From: Octopus vulgaris
Taxonomy: Eukaryota
Length of the DNA stretch: 64,000 nucleotides
Direction of reading: 5' to 3'
Assembly: GCA_951406725.2 (NCBI GenBank)
Contig: OX597816.1
Location: 47,616,001 to 47,680,000, forward strand
Part shown: positions 28,401-40,826 of the stretch, in pieces
Layout: each line of letters starts with the position of its first letter
Numbering within the stretch: position 1 is the first letter of the stretch
Notes under the pieces: generated by a model
Told to the model about the DNA's origin: nothing
The model's database searches: none
The model's input: the letters and a program-made list of their open reading frames with translations, nothing else
Program-made: the position numbers and the translations under genes

Positions 28401-28401
<1 letters not shown>
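28240..28401. mobile_element. Palindromic mini-element with hammerhead-like motif
   Basis: Arms 28240-28313 and 28325-28401 are imperfect reverse complements; minus-strand TTGACGA-GTTC-ggaaat-GAAT-GAAA-GC-TC. Confidence 0.65.
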
Positions 28402-28451
<50 letters not shown>

Positions 28452-29249
28452 GGTGTGCAGGTGTGTGTTTGTGTGTATCCTTGTTTTGATATCATTTGGT
28501 AGTTACCAACAAGTTTTGTTTGTTTCTAGTCTCCTGTGAAGAACATGGGAAATATTATTACCTTGCATGGAAACAGGTGAGGGTTGGTGATAGGAAGGGC
28601 ATCTGGCCATAGACAATACATCTCAACAAATTTCATGTGAATCATGCAAGCATGGAAAAGTTGATGTTAAAATGATGATGTTGCTGATGCTGATGATGAC
28701 GACAATGATGATGATATTTAGAAACAAATTTAAGTCTTCAAATACCACCAGTACCACTAGCACCACCAGCTACCGCCAACACTACCAATACAACCAGATC
28801 CAATGCCATCATTGTCATCATCATCATCATCATCATCATCAACAAATCCAGTTTGTTGTTTTGGTTGTAGAACAAAACTTAAAGTAACTAAGATACTGTT
28901 TCTTTTTTCTTTTTTTTTTGTGTGTGAGTTATAAAATCATAATCTTTGTTTAAGCCATGCTAATCATGACAATCTATAACAAAAGACAAATTCTAACAAA
29001 GTTATTTTAATCAAGCAGTGATTCACTAATTGTTGCGCTGTTGTTTCTCTGGGAAACCACCATCAGCATGATTCAATAACAACAATGATGACGACGACGA
29101 TGACAATGACAATGACAATAGCAACAACAACAATGACGAAATCCCCTCCAAAAACATACATTACACTTGACATTATATTCTCTGTTTGAAAGAACTGACA
29201 GAATAACCAAAATATAAGATGTATCTTTCTTCTGATAAATGATAGCATT

Positions 29250-29650
29250 TATCTTTTTTTATCTTCTACTTCTTTCAATCATTGGACTGCAGCCATGTTG
29301 GAGCACTTCTTTGAAGAGTTTTAGTTGACCAAATTGATGCCAGGACTTATTTTTTGTTTAAGTCTGGTAATTGTTCAATTTTCTCTCTTTTGTAAAACCA
29401 CTAAGATATGGGGATGTAAACTAACCAACGCTGGTTGTCTAGGAGTGGGGAACAAGCACAAAGACACACGCACGCGTGCACATACACACACACACACACA
29501 CATACACAATGGGCTTCCACGTAGTTTCCAACAATCAAATTCACTCACAAAGCATTGGGTCAGCCCAAAGCTATAATAGAAGACAATTGCCTGAGGTACT
29601 GTGCTGTGGGACTGAACCCAAAATCATATGGTTGCAAAGTGAGTACAGTC
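29250..29650 (-). mobile_element. SINE family A, diverged
   Basis: Match to family A. Confidence 0.75.
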
Positions 29651-29754
29651 GTACCCACCTCTTTCTCTCTCTCTCACTCCATCCATCTATCCGTCCGTCT
29701 GTCTGTCTGCCTGCCTGTCTGTCTGTCTGTCTGCCTGCCTGCCTGCCTGCCTGC

Positions 29755-29797
<43 letters not shown>

Positions 29798-30856
29798 TCT
29801 ATCTTCTACCTATACAGAGCCATTTGAAAAATCTACAAACTAACCAGTTGGAGCATAAGCCAGCAAGAATACAGAGGTCAGATTTGGAACCAGAGGTCAT
29901 GAAGACGGTTTGCCAGAAGAGGTAGCAGCATTTTGATTAAATTGAAACGATGCAGGTGCTATCACACAGCTTTTTCATTTATAGCTGACAGCCTTGTAAT
30001 ACTAAAGACAGCCAGACAACAGAATTAATGATACTGAATATAGCAGCTTGTCACACAATGCTTTCACTTCACCAGATCTCGATGTAACAGAAACACCATC
30101 CAACAAATTACCAGCACCAAACAGTCAAAGAATTCTTCTTCAAATTTAGCTAACCTCCATTTGGTGTGTATTTAGCCAAATGCAACAGTTCAATTCTGAC
30201 AGTTATGTGATAAAGTATAATTTGTTTTATACTGTTTCTATGGCTAAATTATCTTTGTGAACAATGTATTCCTTTCTGTGTTAAGACAGTTACTATATTG
30301 TAAGAACTATTAAGTTAATTTCTTGCTTCCAAACTGCATGAAGTGCTGATTCAAGTCTCATTAGACCTTTTGTATATAATATTTTTGACCACGTTCGCTT
30401 GTTTTTGACCTCTCCATTGGTTTTAGCCATACTTTCTTTATGTAGTTTCAGCATAATAAAAATCAGTCATTTTTATTATCTTGGTTTGGACATTTATCTA
30501 TAAAATTACCACAGGTGTATGCATCAAGAAAAAGACAAGACTCAATTCTGTTTAATGCCAGTCACATCACACAAGTTGCTAGACTGAAGTTGAAGACAAT
30601 ATCAAATTGCCTTAAGAAGTCTATCTCCTGATTTTAGGTGGTTAAACAAACTTCAATACTTAGTTGGTACTGGTTCTCTTTTTTAACTCTAGAAAAATGA
30701 AAGACATTATTATTAATGTTATTATTTTTAATGCTGTTGTTTTATGTTGTGAGTTCAAATATTGGCATGGTTGACTTTAGGGTTGATAAAATAAGTACCA
30801 GTCAAGTACTTGGGTTAATGTAGTCAACTCCCCAAAATTACAGGTCCTGTGCCTAT

Positions 30857-31072
30857 AATCCTTTCTACTATAGGCACAAGGCCTGAAACTTTGGGGGAGG
30901 GAGCTAGCTGATTTCATTGACTCTAGTATGTAACTGGTACTTATTTTATTGATCCTGGAAGAATGAAAGGCAAAGTTAACCTCAGTAGAAATTGAACTCA
31001 AAACATAAAGATGGATGAAATACCACTAAGCATTTTGCCTGGCATGCTAACGATTCTGCCAGTTTGCCACCT
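30857..31072 (-). mobile_element. SINE family B variant within a cluster of fragments (30640-31460)
   Basis: Family B head and central domain. Confidence 0.75.
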
Positions 31073-31554
31073 TTTCCTTACAATTGAAAGCATTATTATT
31101 AATGTTGTTTTATGTTCAGAGTTCAAATATTACTGAAGTTAACTTTGCTTTCCATATTTTTGGAGTCAATATAATAAAGTACCATTTGAGTACCAGTGTA
31201 AATTTATTTGGCTTACCTTCTCCCCTAAAATTGCTAGCCTTGTGCCAAAATTGGAAAGAATAATTGATGTTGTTGTTTGCCTGTTTTACTTAATTTATGT
31301 TACTTCCCTTAGTATAATGCAAAAGAAAAGTAGGTAGGAACATACAATTGTATTATATGGGTAAAAGCAAGGCAGTGAGCTGGCAGAGTCATTAGCATGC
31401 AGGGTGAAATGCGTTATGGTATTTCACCCATTTTTACATTCTGAGTTCAAGTACTGGGACTAATTCAATCAGTTTATACCAATCTCTCTGAATTTAAAAT
31501 CTTGTTACTATGTTAGGAACAATGTTAAATGATTAGTCTACACTACTCCATAAA

Positions 31555-31775
31555 GAGCATAGGTCCAGTTTCCTAGTTTCTCTGATGTACACATCCCTCC
31601 CAGGGTGGGAAGCTTGTCTGTCCCAGGATTACTCATTTTTACCAGCTGAGTGGAGTGAAGAAATGTGAAATGAAGTGTTTTGCTCAAGAACACAATGCAC
31701 TGCCCAATCCAGGTATCGAAACCACAATCTTATGATCATGAATGTAACACCCTCACCACTAAGCCATGCACCTCC
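31555..31775 (-). mobile_element. tRNA-derived SINE family C
   Basis: Reverse complement of 47105 copy. Confidence 0.78.
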
Positions 31776-32288
31776 AAAAATCAAAGTCAGGGAGTATAGT
31801 ATACCATACAATAAGCAGTTGAGGGTCAAAATCCTTAGAGTGTCAAACAAAATGCCTTGCATCATTTGTTCCTGTTCTAAGGTAATGGTTAGACAGAATC
31901 TTTAGAGCACCAGAAAATATCTTGTTGTATTTCTTCTAGATCTTTGTGCTCTGAGTACCAATCCCCGAGGTCAAATTTGCCTTTCATCCCTTCAAGGTTG
32001 ATAAAATAAAGTATGAGTCAAGTTTTGGGGTCATTGCTATCAACTAACCCCCAACTCTTAAAATTGTTGGCCTTGTGCCTAAATCAGAAAATATTATTTG
32101 CTCTAGCCCTTTAGATTTCATTCATGATTTACCTATATAATAATGGTTTCAAATTTGGGCACAAGGTCAGCAATTACAGAGGAGGGAGCAAGTCGATTAC
32201 ATCAACCCCAGTGCTCAACTGGTACTAATTTTACATTATTTACATTATTTACATTTGACGGATATTTGTCCTCATCTTGTTAGTTGGT

Positions 32289-32334
32289 AACACAATGTTT
32301 CAGCTGATATACTCTCCAGCCTTCTTCAGGTGTC
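32289..32334 (-). ncRNA. Minimal type I hammerhead ribozyme motif (left arm)
   Basis: gacac CTGAAGA a ggctg gagagtatat cagct GAAA ca TT gtgtt. Confidence 0.65.
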
Positions 32335-32644
32335 TTGGAGAAATTTTGAACTTGGGTTCTCATTCCTAAGGTATTTTTCGATGTTGTTGTTATCATTATT
32401 ATTATTATTATTGTTATTGTTCAGAATCAAACTCAGAATCATTGGGTTAGTAGCCTGCGCTCTTAACCACTACGCCATATGCCCGTGGGCATAGTGGTTA
32501 AGAGCATGGGCTACTAACCCCAAGATTTCGAATTCGATTTCAAGCAGTGACTTAAACAATAACAACAACAACAACAACAACAATAATAATAATAACATCG
32601 AAAAATACCTAAGGAATGAGAACCCAGGTTCAAAATTTCCTCAA

Positions 32645-32690
32645 GACACCTGAAGAAGGCTGGAGGGTATATCAGCTGAAACGTTGTGTT
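32645..32690 (+). ncRNA. Minimal type I hammerhead ribozyme motif (right arm)
   Basis: gacac CTGAAGA a ggctg gagggtatat cagct GAAA cg TT gtgtt; stems I and II pair, palindromic AACGTT stem III. Confidence 0.75.
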
Positions 32691-33177
32691 ACCAACAAAC
32701 GAGATGAGGAAAAATAGCCATCGAATGTAAATAATGTAAATAATGGAAATAATGTACATAATTCCTCATCTCTTAAATATAGACCTGGTACTAATTTTAT
32801 CAACCCTGAAGGGATGAAAGGCAAAAGCATACATGCATACATACATACAGTCATGGGTAACATACTGCCTAAATACCAATCTTCAAAAATTAGGCTTCTC
32901 AACACCAGAAAGGAGAAAGCTGATTCGAAGACTACAAATCCAAGCCATCACTGTGAGCATATCTAGATCTGAAAGTATATGCATGTGTAGATATACATAA
33001 AACAAAACATAAAAATCTGCATGTATACATACATACATACATACATACATACATACATACATACATGCATACGTACATATGTAGATACATGCATACATGC
33101 ATATGTACATATATTCTCACACAAACACATACAACTCTATCTTCATATGTAACAGTTCATATATATATATATATATA

Positions 33178-34241
33178 TCTTTTACTCTTTTACTTGTTTC
33201 AGTCGTTTGACTGCAGCCATGCTGGAGCACCGCCTTTAATCGATAACTCGACCTCGGGACTTATTCTTTTGTAAGCCCAGTACTTATTCTATCGGTCGCT
33301 TTTGCCGAACTGCTAAGTTACGGGGACATAAACACACCAGCATCAGTTGTCAAGCAATGCTAGGGGGACAAACACAGACACACAAACACACACACGTATA
33401 TATATATATATACATTTATTACACACATGTGAGTGAGAACACTTTGAGATATTTTTGGTATCTAACATATGTCAGATACTGTGAGCGCTGCTTCTGATTG
33501 GTCAATCCATGCTGATGACCCGAGGTCACGGTGACGGCACTATTTTTGTCATTCATAAGTTACAACTAAACTTCATTCATTACTTTCACGAGCAGGTAGA
33601 ATGTAGCCATGTAATTAAACAAACATACTATCTTTTTTATACCAGATATCACTTAAAGTCAAAGATTCAATCTGTGTTATGTATTTCTTGAACGTGAACT
33701 TGAATGTTAACAAAATTTTAAACAGTCATCAGTTATCAGTCATTTCACCTGAAAACTTAGCGCTATAAAGTCAGACTATCTTCCTGCGGCATGACATCTT
33801 TTACAGTTACACATTGTGACGTCACTGACGTGAAATCAAGCTGTATTCATGCGCGCTTCAACACGATGTGAAGAATTTACTTATTGGGTTAATAAAATAT
33901 GGTCGTTTATTTGTGTTTAATAAATAAAATACCAAACTCATTCCCTATGGATACCGTATTTATTACAATGAGTGGCTTGTAAACGTATCTAACTCGCTTT
34001 CGCTCATTAGATACGTTTACAAGCCACTCGTTGTAATAAATACGGTATCCATAGGGAACTCGTTTGGTATTCTCTATATATACGATGGGCTTCTTTCAGT
34101 TTCCATCTACCAAATCCACTCACAAGGCTTTGGTCGGCCCGAGGCTATAGTAGAAGACACTTGCCCAAGGTGCCACACAGTGGGACTGAACCCGGAACCA
34201 TGTGGTTGGTAAACAAGCTACTTACCACACAGCCACTCCTG
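33178..34241 (-). mobile_element. SINE family A split by an insertion (halves 33178-33400 and 34080-34241)
   Basis: Both halves colinear with family A. Confidence 0.85.
33415..34075. mobile_element. Non-coding element with terminal 65-bp-arm hairpin
   Basis: Arms 33928-33992 and 34007-34071, loop CTCGCTTTCGCTCA; interrupts a SINE. Confidence 0.7.
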
Positions 34242-34289
34242 TATATATGTATGTATGTATGCATGTATGTATGTATGTATGTATGTATG

Positions 34290-34339
<50 letters not shown>

Positions 34340-34396
34340 ATACGTTTAAATATTTGTTGTGCAAGATTTTTTATGTGAAGTCGTGTGTTGAAACAG

Positions 34397-35775
34397 ATAT
34401 TGTTATATTTCGGAATGGTCATATTGCCAGTTTAGCCAATAAAAACACACGCACTATATATTTGGTGTTATTTTGCTTCAGTGATATTTATTTTTTACAT
34501 TAATCTTAATCTTATTTCGGCCAAAGTTCTTTCGTCACACTCCTGTGACCGCATCAGTGGTCCTTTGTTTTCTTCTCACTTACTTGTGTCTCTCCTTACT
34601 AACCGTCAGCCATTTTGTATTTCTATTGTATGTCTTCATTTGCGCATGCTTATATCTCTATGTGCGTCTATGTTTATTTAGTGTGTGGGGGGGGGATGTC
34701 TGTAATATTTGTATCTTCTGGTTATATACATTCTTGTAATTTGTATTTTGTTTTTGTTGTTGTTGCTTTTGTTCTAATTTTGTTCATGTGTTTACATCCA
34801 CCCATTATTATCATTACATATGCTTGTATGTATGTATAACAACAATATTAGTAATAATAATAATAAATCTAATCGAGAAAAAAAAAAAAAAAGAATATAC
34901 ATATACATATATATATATATATACATACACATACATATACATATATATATATACATATATACACACATATATACACATATACATATACATATATATACAC
35001 ATATACATACACATAGATATTCATTTCTATTTCTTTAATTACCTGTGTATTTATTATGTTTGCAGGATCCACTATTGTCATATGTTGTGGTGTGCGCTAT
35101 TGCTCCATTCTAGTTTTCTATTCAGGCTAGGTTTATTTTCTATTATATGTGTAGCTTCTGTAATTTGTCTAATTGTTGCATCTGTTCTATGTGTGGACAA
35201 TATCTTAATCTCTATGTTATTGATTGATCCCCCGTGTTCTTGTTCGGCGTGTTGGTACAGAATCGATGAGCTTTTACCTTCCTTGAGTTGTCTCCAATGT
35301 TCATTCACCCGCTCACCAATGCTTCTTGCAGTTTCCCCTACGTATGTTACTGTCTTGTTACTGCATCGTCCCTCTATACATCTTATACTATAGACCACAT
35401 TTCTGGCTTTACAGTTCGTTTGTGGGCTAAATCTACATACAGTGCAATAGTTATCCGTACAGAGAGTTCTACTAAAAGGATAGGTTCTACCAATTATAGA
35501 TCTGATAGGGTTGCCTGGCTTTTCAACAACCTTAATTCTTAGTTTAAGTTTATCTAGGGTCCTTCTAAAGCGGTACGCTAGTTCACCTCCAGGGGTGGTG
35601 TCAACGAACATGACACTCTGGTATTTATGGCTATCATACCAAGAGTTGGCCTTCCTTATTTTCTTTTTTGTCCTTTCTATAGTGTTCCATGACTTGTTCC
35701 TATAGAGTGGGCAAATCCCATTCCTATCATTACATAATATATTATCAAATTTCTTCATGGCTCCTTTGTATACTC
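34397..35775 (-). mobile_element. Inverted copy of the PLE 3' end (inverted pLTR-like arm)
   Basis: Near-perfect reverse complement of 37808-39195; minus ORF 35078-35758 identical to the PLE C-terminus. Confidence 0.96.
34519..34563 (-). ncRNA. Hammerhead-like motif in inverted PLE arm
   Basis: Reverse complement of 39029-39073. Confidence 0.6.
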
Positions 35776-38505
35776 AACAAGGGGATTGACAGGGACCAAC
35801 AGACAGACATAAAACCCAACACTAATATAAACAACACATACACCAGAAACAGGAACAATGAATATATCACTAGCGATGATAGTAATAATGGCAATGGTAG
35901 GAATAAAGGTAATAACAATAATAGTGGTAGTAGTAGTGGTGATGGTAACAGTAGAAGTAGTAATGAGGATAGTAGTGATAGTTGTGGTGGTAATAGGAAT
36001 ACTAGTAGTAGTAGTAGTAGTGGTAATGGTGATAATAATAATAGGAAGGCTGATGTTGGAAACAGTAACGATAATGAAGATAACCCTAGAGAGACCATTG
36101 ACATGTATACCCATCCCTTTGACACTCAATTCTTCAACGTATGCGACAAAACTTACTGCATGAACCGAATTTATCCAACAACATTACCCTTCAACAAAAG
36201 GGTATACATCCCAAGACGTACTAATGACCACATGGAAGCACAGTTCACTATAGCTAGGACCAAACTTAGACAGATTTTAGGTTTATACATTAAGAGACAG
36301 AGACAGAATAAGACAGATGCCCAACAACTAGGGATTAAACCTGCATGTGGCCTACAGAAGCTCATTCAGCGCACGAGGAACGGAGAGGTGATATGCCTTC
36401 CCACGGATAAGTCAGGCAGGATGTCAATAGACAGCTTACCGAACTACATCCAGGCAATGCAACCTCATATCGCCAATACAAAAGTAACAACTGTACAGGC
36501 GCATGAGGAGAGAGAAAAGGTCCTCAATGCCCACATGATGATGTGGACAATTGTTCTGGGACCTCAGAAACGTACTGCAAAGAATTTCCAAGCCTGGAAC
36601 AATGATATCCCGGCACTGTATGGACTTCGCAAGGACCATAAAGGTTTTACTGACCCTATAGCAGGACCACCAACAAGACCAGTCTGTGGAGCGAATATCG
36701 CTAGCAATTACAGAATCTCCTACTTCCTCTCAATGATCATACGCCCTATAATCAGGATGTCACCTGATGTATGTGACAGCACAGAAGATCTCCTAAGCAG
36801 GATCAGTGACTGTAACAAAACTTGTGACTTGACAGGATGTATAGTAGGTAGCATGGATGTGGTATCCCTATACCCATCGATTGACGTAGATTTTGCAGTG
36901 GAGAAGTGCGTGGAGATGATCAACGAGAGCCAGGTGGAGTTCTGTAATGTCGACACAGAAGAACTGGGCCTCCTACTTAGACTGACTTATAATAGTGAAT
37001 ACTTAGATAAACATAATCTTAGTAGTTTCTGCCCCAGTAGATGTTTAAGAGGTAGACCGCCTACAATTACTTCTATGGCTAGGAAGACACATATAGAAAG
37101 ATGGCGCGGATGGACCAGAGCCATACGGAGCCCCGCAAATGTCCATCAGGTAAAGAAAATGATCGCACATGCACTAGGAGCTAGTATAAGAGTTACCCTA
37201 AAAGGCCACACATTTAAATTTAATAATAAAATATATGCCCAGGACGAGGGGGCAGCCATCGGTGTTAGTATCGCTGGTGATGTGGCCAACCTCTTCATGG
37301 TATGGTGGGACAGAAGGCTTAAAGAATGCCTACTGCAGAAATCCATACTCGTAAACATGTACTCTCGCTATGTTGATGATATCAATATAGTAGTAAAGGC
37401 ACCCCCACAAGAGAGTACGGTTGATATAGTAATAGAAACTAATACTATGGAGAGCATCCAACAAATAGCTAACTCCATCCACCAGAGTATTAAGGTCACA
37501 ATAGACTACCCCACTAAACACCCCAACCATAGACTACCAGTACTAGACACTGAACTCTGGCTAGAAATTGTGAAAAATAAAACCCAAATCCTTCATTCAT
37601 ACTATGCAAAACCTATGGCCTCAAAATACCTGATCCACCGGAACTCAGCCATTGCGGGCAATGCCAAATTCAATATTTTGATGGCAGACCTCGTCAGAAT
37701 AATGAGAAATGTGTCACGCATGTGCGAGCCTACAGAATTAAAGAGACACATACAGTATTTCATTCACCGCATGCAGTTCTCAGGTTACAGCCATAAAGAA
37801 AGGATCAGAGTATACAAAGGAGCCATGAAGAAATTTGATAATATATTATGTAATGATAGGAATGGGATTTGCCCACTCTATAGGAACAAGTCATGGAACA
37901 CTATAGAAAGGACAAAAAAGAAAATAAGGAAGGCCAACTCTTGGTATGATAGCCATAAATACCAGAGTGTCATGTTCGTTGACACCACCCCTGGAGGTGA
38001 ACTAGCGTACCGCTTTAGAAGGACCCTAGATAAACTTAAACTAAGAATTAAGGTTGTTGAAAAGCCAGGCAACCCTATCAGATCTATAATTGGTAGAACC
38101 TATCCTTTTAGTAGAACTCTCTGTACGGATAACTATTGCACTGTATGTAGATTTAGCCCACAAACGAACTGTAAAGCCAGAAATGTGGTCTATAGTATAA
38201 GATGTATAGAGGGACGATGCAGTAACAAGACAGTAACATACGTAGGGGAAACTGCAAGAAGCATTGGTGAGCGGGTGAATGAACATTGGAGACAACTCAA
38301 GGAAGGTAAAAGCTCATCGATTCTGTACCAACACGCCGAACAAGAACACGGGGGATCAATCAATAACATAGAGATTAAGATATTGTCCACACATAGAACA
38401 GATGCAACAATTAGACAAATTACAGAAGCTACACATATAATAGAAAATAAACCTAGCCTGAATAGAAAACTAGAATGGAGCAATAGCGCACACCACAACA
38501 TATGA
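35776..38505 (+). CDS. PLE polyprotein: reverse transcriptase and C-terminal GIY-YIG endonuclease (uninterrupted frame, true start lost; first ATG 36103)
   Basis: [41 protein letters not shown]; CxxxxCxxC linker; NVVYSIRC...[16 protein letters not shown]...H...E...N. Confidence 0.93.
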   Translation, partial: NKGIDRDQQTDIKPNTNINNTYTRNRNNEYITSDDSNNGNGRNKGNNNNSGSSSGDGNSRSSNEDSSDSCGGNRNTSSSSSSGNGDNNNRKADVGNSNDNEDNPRETIDMYTHPFDTQFFNVCDKTYCMNRIYPTTLPFNKRVYIPRRTNDHMEAQFTIARTKLRQILGLYIKRQRQNKTDAQQLGIKPACGLQKLIQRTRNGEVICLPTDKSGRMSIDSLPNYIQAMQPHIANTKVTTVQAHEEREKVLNAHMMMWTIVLGPQKRTAKNFQAWNNDIPALYGLRKDHKGFTDPIAGPPTRPVCGANIASNYRISYFLSMIIRPIIRMSPDVCDSTEDLLSRISDCNKTCDLTGCIVGSMDVVSLYPSIDVDFAVEKCVEMINESQVEFCNVDTEELGLLLRLTYNSEYLDKHNLSSFCPSRCLRGRPPTITSMARKTHIERWRGWTRAIRSPANVHQVKKMIAHALGASIRVTLKGHTFKFNNKIYAQDEGAAIGVSIAGDVANLFMVWWDRRLKECLLQKSILVNMYSRYVDDINIVVKAPPQESTVDIVIETNTMESIQQIANSIHQSIKVTIDYPTKHPNHRLPVLDTELWLEIVKNKTQILHSYYAKPMASKYLIHRNSAIAGNAKFNILMADLVRIMRNVSRMCEPTELKRHIQYFIHRMQFSGYSHKERIRVYKGAMKKFDNILCNDRNGICPLYRNKSWNTIERTKKKIRKANSWYDSHKYQSVMFVDTTPGGELAYRFRRTLDKLKLRIKVVEKPGNPIRSIIGRTYPFSRTLCTDNYCTVCRFSPQTNCKARNVVYSIRCIEGRCSNKTVTYVGETARSIGERVNEHWRQLKEGKSSSILYQHAEQEHGGSINNIEIKILSTHRTDATIRQITEATHIIENKPSLNRKLEWSNSAHHNI

Positions 38506-39028
38506 CAATAGTGGATCCTGCAAACATAATAAATACACAGGTAATTAAAGAAATAGAAATGAATATCTATGTGTATGTATATGTGTATATATATGTATAT
38601 GTATATGTGTATATATGTGTGTATATATGTATATATATATATGTATATGTATGTGTATGTATATATATATATATATGTATATGTATATTCTTTTTTTTCT
38701 TTTTTTTTTTCTCGATTAGATTTATTATTATTATTATTACTAATATTGTTGTTATACATACATACAAGCATATGTAATGATAATAATGGGTGGATGTAAA
38801 CACATGAACAAAATTAGAACAAAAGCAACAACAACAAAAACAAAATACAAATTACAAGAATGTATATAACCAGAAGATACAAATATTACAGACATCCCCC
38901 CACCCACACACTAAATAAACATAGACGCACATAGAGATATAAGCATACGCAAATGAAGACATACAATAGAAATACAAAATGGCTGACGGTTAGTAAGGAG
39001 AGACACAAGTAAGTGAGAAGAAAACAAA

Positions 39029-39073
39029 GGACCACTGATGCGGTCACAGGAGTGTGACGAAAGAACTTTGGCC
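39029..39073 (+). ncRNA. Variant minimal hammerhead motif in PLE 3' UTR
   Basis: ggacca CTGATGCG gtcaca ggag tgtgac GAAA gaac TT tggcc; perfect 6-bp stem II, stem I cca/tgg. Confidence 0.62.
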
Positions 39074-39236
39074 GAAATAAGATTAAGATTAATGTAAAAA
39101 ATAAATATCACTGAAGCAAAATAACACCAAATATATAGTGCGTGTGTTTTTATTGGCTAAACTGGCAATATGACCATTCCGAAATATAACAATATATATA
39201 TAATGTTTATAAGTATGTATGTATTTATATACATAT

Positions 39237-39460
39237 ATCATCATCATCATCATCATCATCATTTAGCATCCGTTCTCCATGCTAGCATGGGTTGGACGGT
39301 TCAACTGGGGTCTGTGAAGCTGGAAGGCTTCATCAGGCCCAGTCAGATCTGGCAGTGTTTCTACGGCTCGATGCCCTTCCTAACGCCAACCACTCCGTGA
39401 GTGTAGTGGGTGCTTTTTACGTGCCACCCGCACAGGTGCCAGACAGCTGGCAAACGGCCA
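39237..39460 (-). mobile_element. RTE 3' end fragment
   Basis: Reverse complement of 27935-28158. Confidence 0.9.
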
Positions 39461-40116
39461 TATATATACATTTATTTGTGTATGTGTGTGTATATATATA
39501 GACACGTGTGTACACATATATACATACACAAATATACATATACTTATATATATATATGTATATATGTGTGTGTATATGTAATTATACACATGCACATGCA
39601 CACATGCATATGTGTGTGTATATGTAATTATACACATGCACACACACACATGCATATGTGTGCTTATACATGTGTATTTATATACATGTAAAATGCACAG
39701 ACACACATTTACGCACACATGCACATATGCACACACTTATTTTATTTTTTTAAAAATATTACTTAAATATCAACGCAGTTTCTTGAGGAAAGTTATTAGA
39801 ATGAACTCACATGTATGAAATTTAAGATGTTTGGTGTATTCCCATGATAGCCCAAAAAACTAAATGGAAAACTTGAGCTTAAAAAAGTCGTTTTTGAAGG
39901 TGTTGTTTGCAAACTGTCTTTAAAAAGAAAACGAAAATAAACGTTTTTTTTTCTTAATAATTTGCATGTTATATGACAAAAATAATATCAAACAGAAGAT
40001 ATTTCAAGAAAAACGGGCTCAGATTGCTTACTTAATGATCAGAAATGTGTTAGTGGGAATACTGGAATTAAACGCATTTCAGTTTTAATATATTTAAAAA
40101 TACTCTTTTCTTACAT

Positions 40117-40256
40117 AGGCGCAGGAGTGGCTGTGTGGTAAGTAGCTTGCTTACCAACCACATGGTTCCGGGTTCAGTCCCACTGCGTGGCACCTTGGGC
40201 AAGTGTCTTCTACTATAGCCTCAGGCCGACCAGATCCTGGTGAATGGATTTGGTAA
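40117..40256 (+). mobile_element. SINE family A 5' head
   Basis: AGGCGCAGGAGTGGCTGTGTGGTAAG A box; GGTTCAGTCCC B box. Confidence 0.85.
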
Positions 40257-40392
40257 ATATATATATATGTGTGTGTGTTATAAATAACTGAAAAGTTATA
40301 AATAACAAAACACCGTTCTTTATTCTTTTATTTGTTTCAGTCATTTGACTGCGGCCATGCTGAAGCACCGCCTTTAGTCGAACAAATCAACC

Positions 40393-40433
<41 letters not shown>

Positions 40434-40519
40434 TACACATATATACATATACACACATATGATGGTTCTTCTGGTTGTCCTGCCCAACTTAGATATATAT
40501 GTACACACATACACACATA

Positions 40520-40730
40520 TATTCTTTTGCTTGTTTCAATTATTTGACTGTGGCCATGCTGGAGCACCACCTTTAGTTGAACATATCAACCCCCAGGACT
40601 TATTCTTTGTAAGTCTACTACTTATTCTATCGGACTCTTTTGCCAAACCGCTAAGTTACGGGAATGTAAACACACCAAAATCGGTTGTCAAGCAATGGTG
40701 GGGAGACAAACACAGACACACAAATACGTG
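40520..40730 (-). mobile_element. SINE family A 3' part (short extra piece at 40320-40395)
   Basis: Match to family A. Confidence 0.82.
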
Positions 40731-40758
40731 CATATATATATATATATGTGTGTGTGTA

Positions 40759-40799
<41 letters not shown>

Positions 40800-40826
40800 G
40801 TATGTATATATATATATATATATATA

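Larger units (their letters stand above)
32234..32784. mobile_element. Palindromic tRNA-headed hammerhead element inserted in a family B SINE
   Basis: Two head-to-head copies; 15-bp TSD CTGGTACTAATTTTA at 32219-32233 and 32785-32799. Confidence 0.85.
35776..39195 (+). mobile_element. Penelope-like retroelement, 5'-truncated
   Basis: RT plus GIY-YIG ORF, 3' UTR with hammerhead-like motif, inverted 3' duplication, (TA)n flanks. Confidence 0.95.

Noticed and set aside
32488-32550. Possible tRNA gene
   Set aside because: No complete acceptor stem; it is a SINE-like head
33512-33540. CTGATGA followed by a short hairpin
   Set aside because: No GAAA or stem III; not a hammerhead
35078-35758. Stand-alone GIY-YIG gene on the minus strand
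   Set aside because: Part of the inverted duplication of the PLE
35689-35775. N-terminus of the 938-aa ORF
   Set aside because: Antisense of the inverted arm; chimeric start
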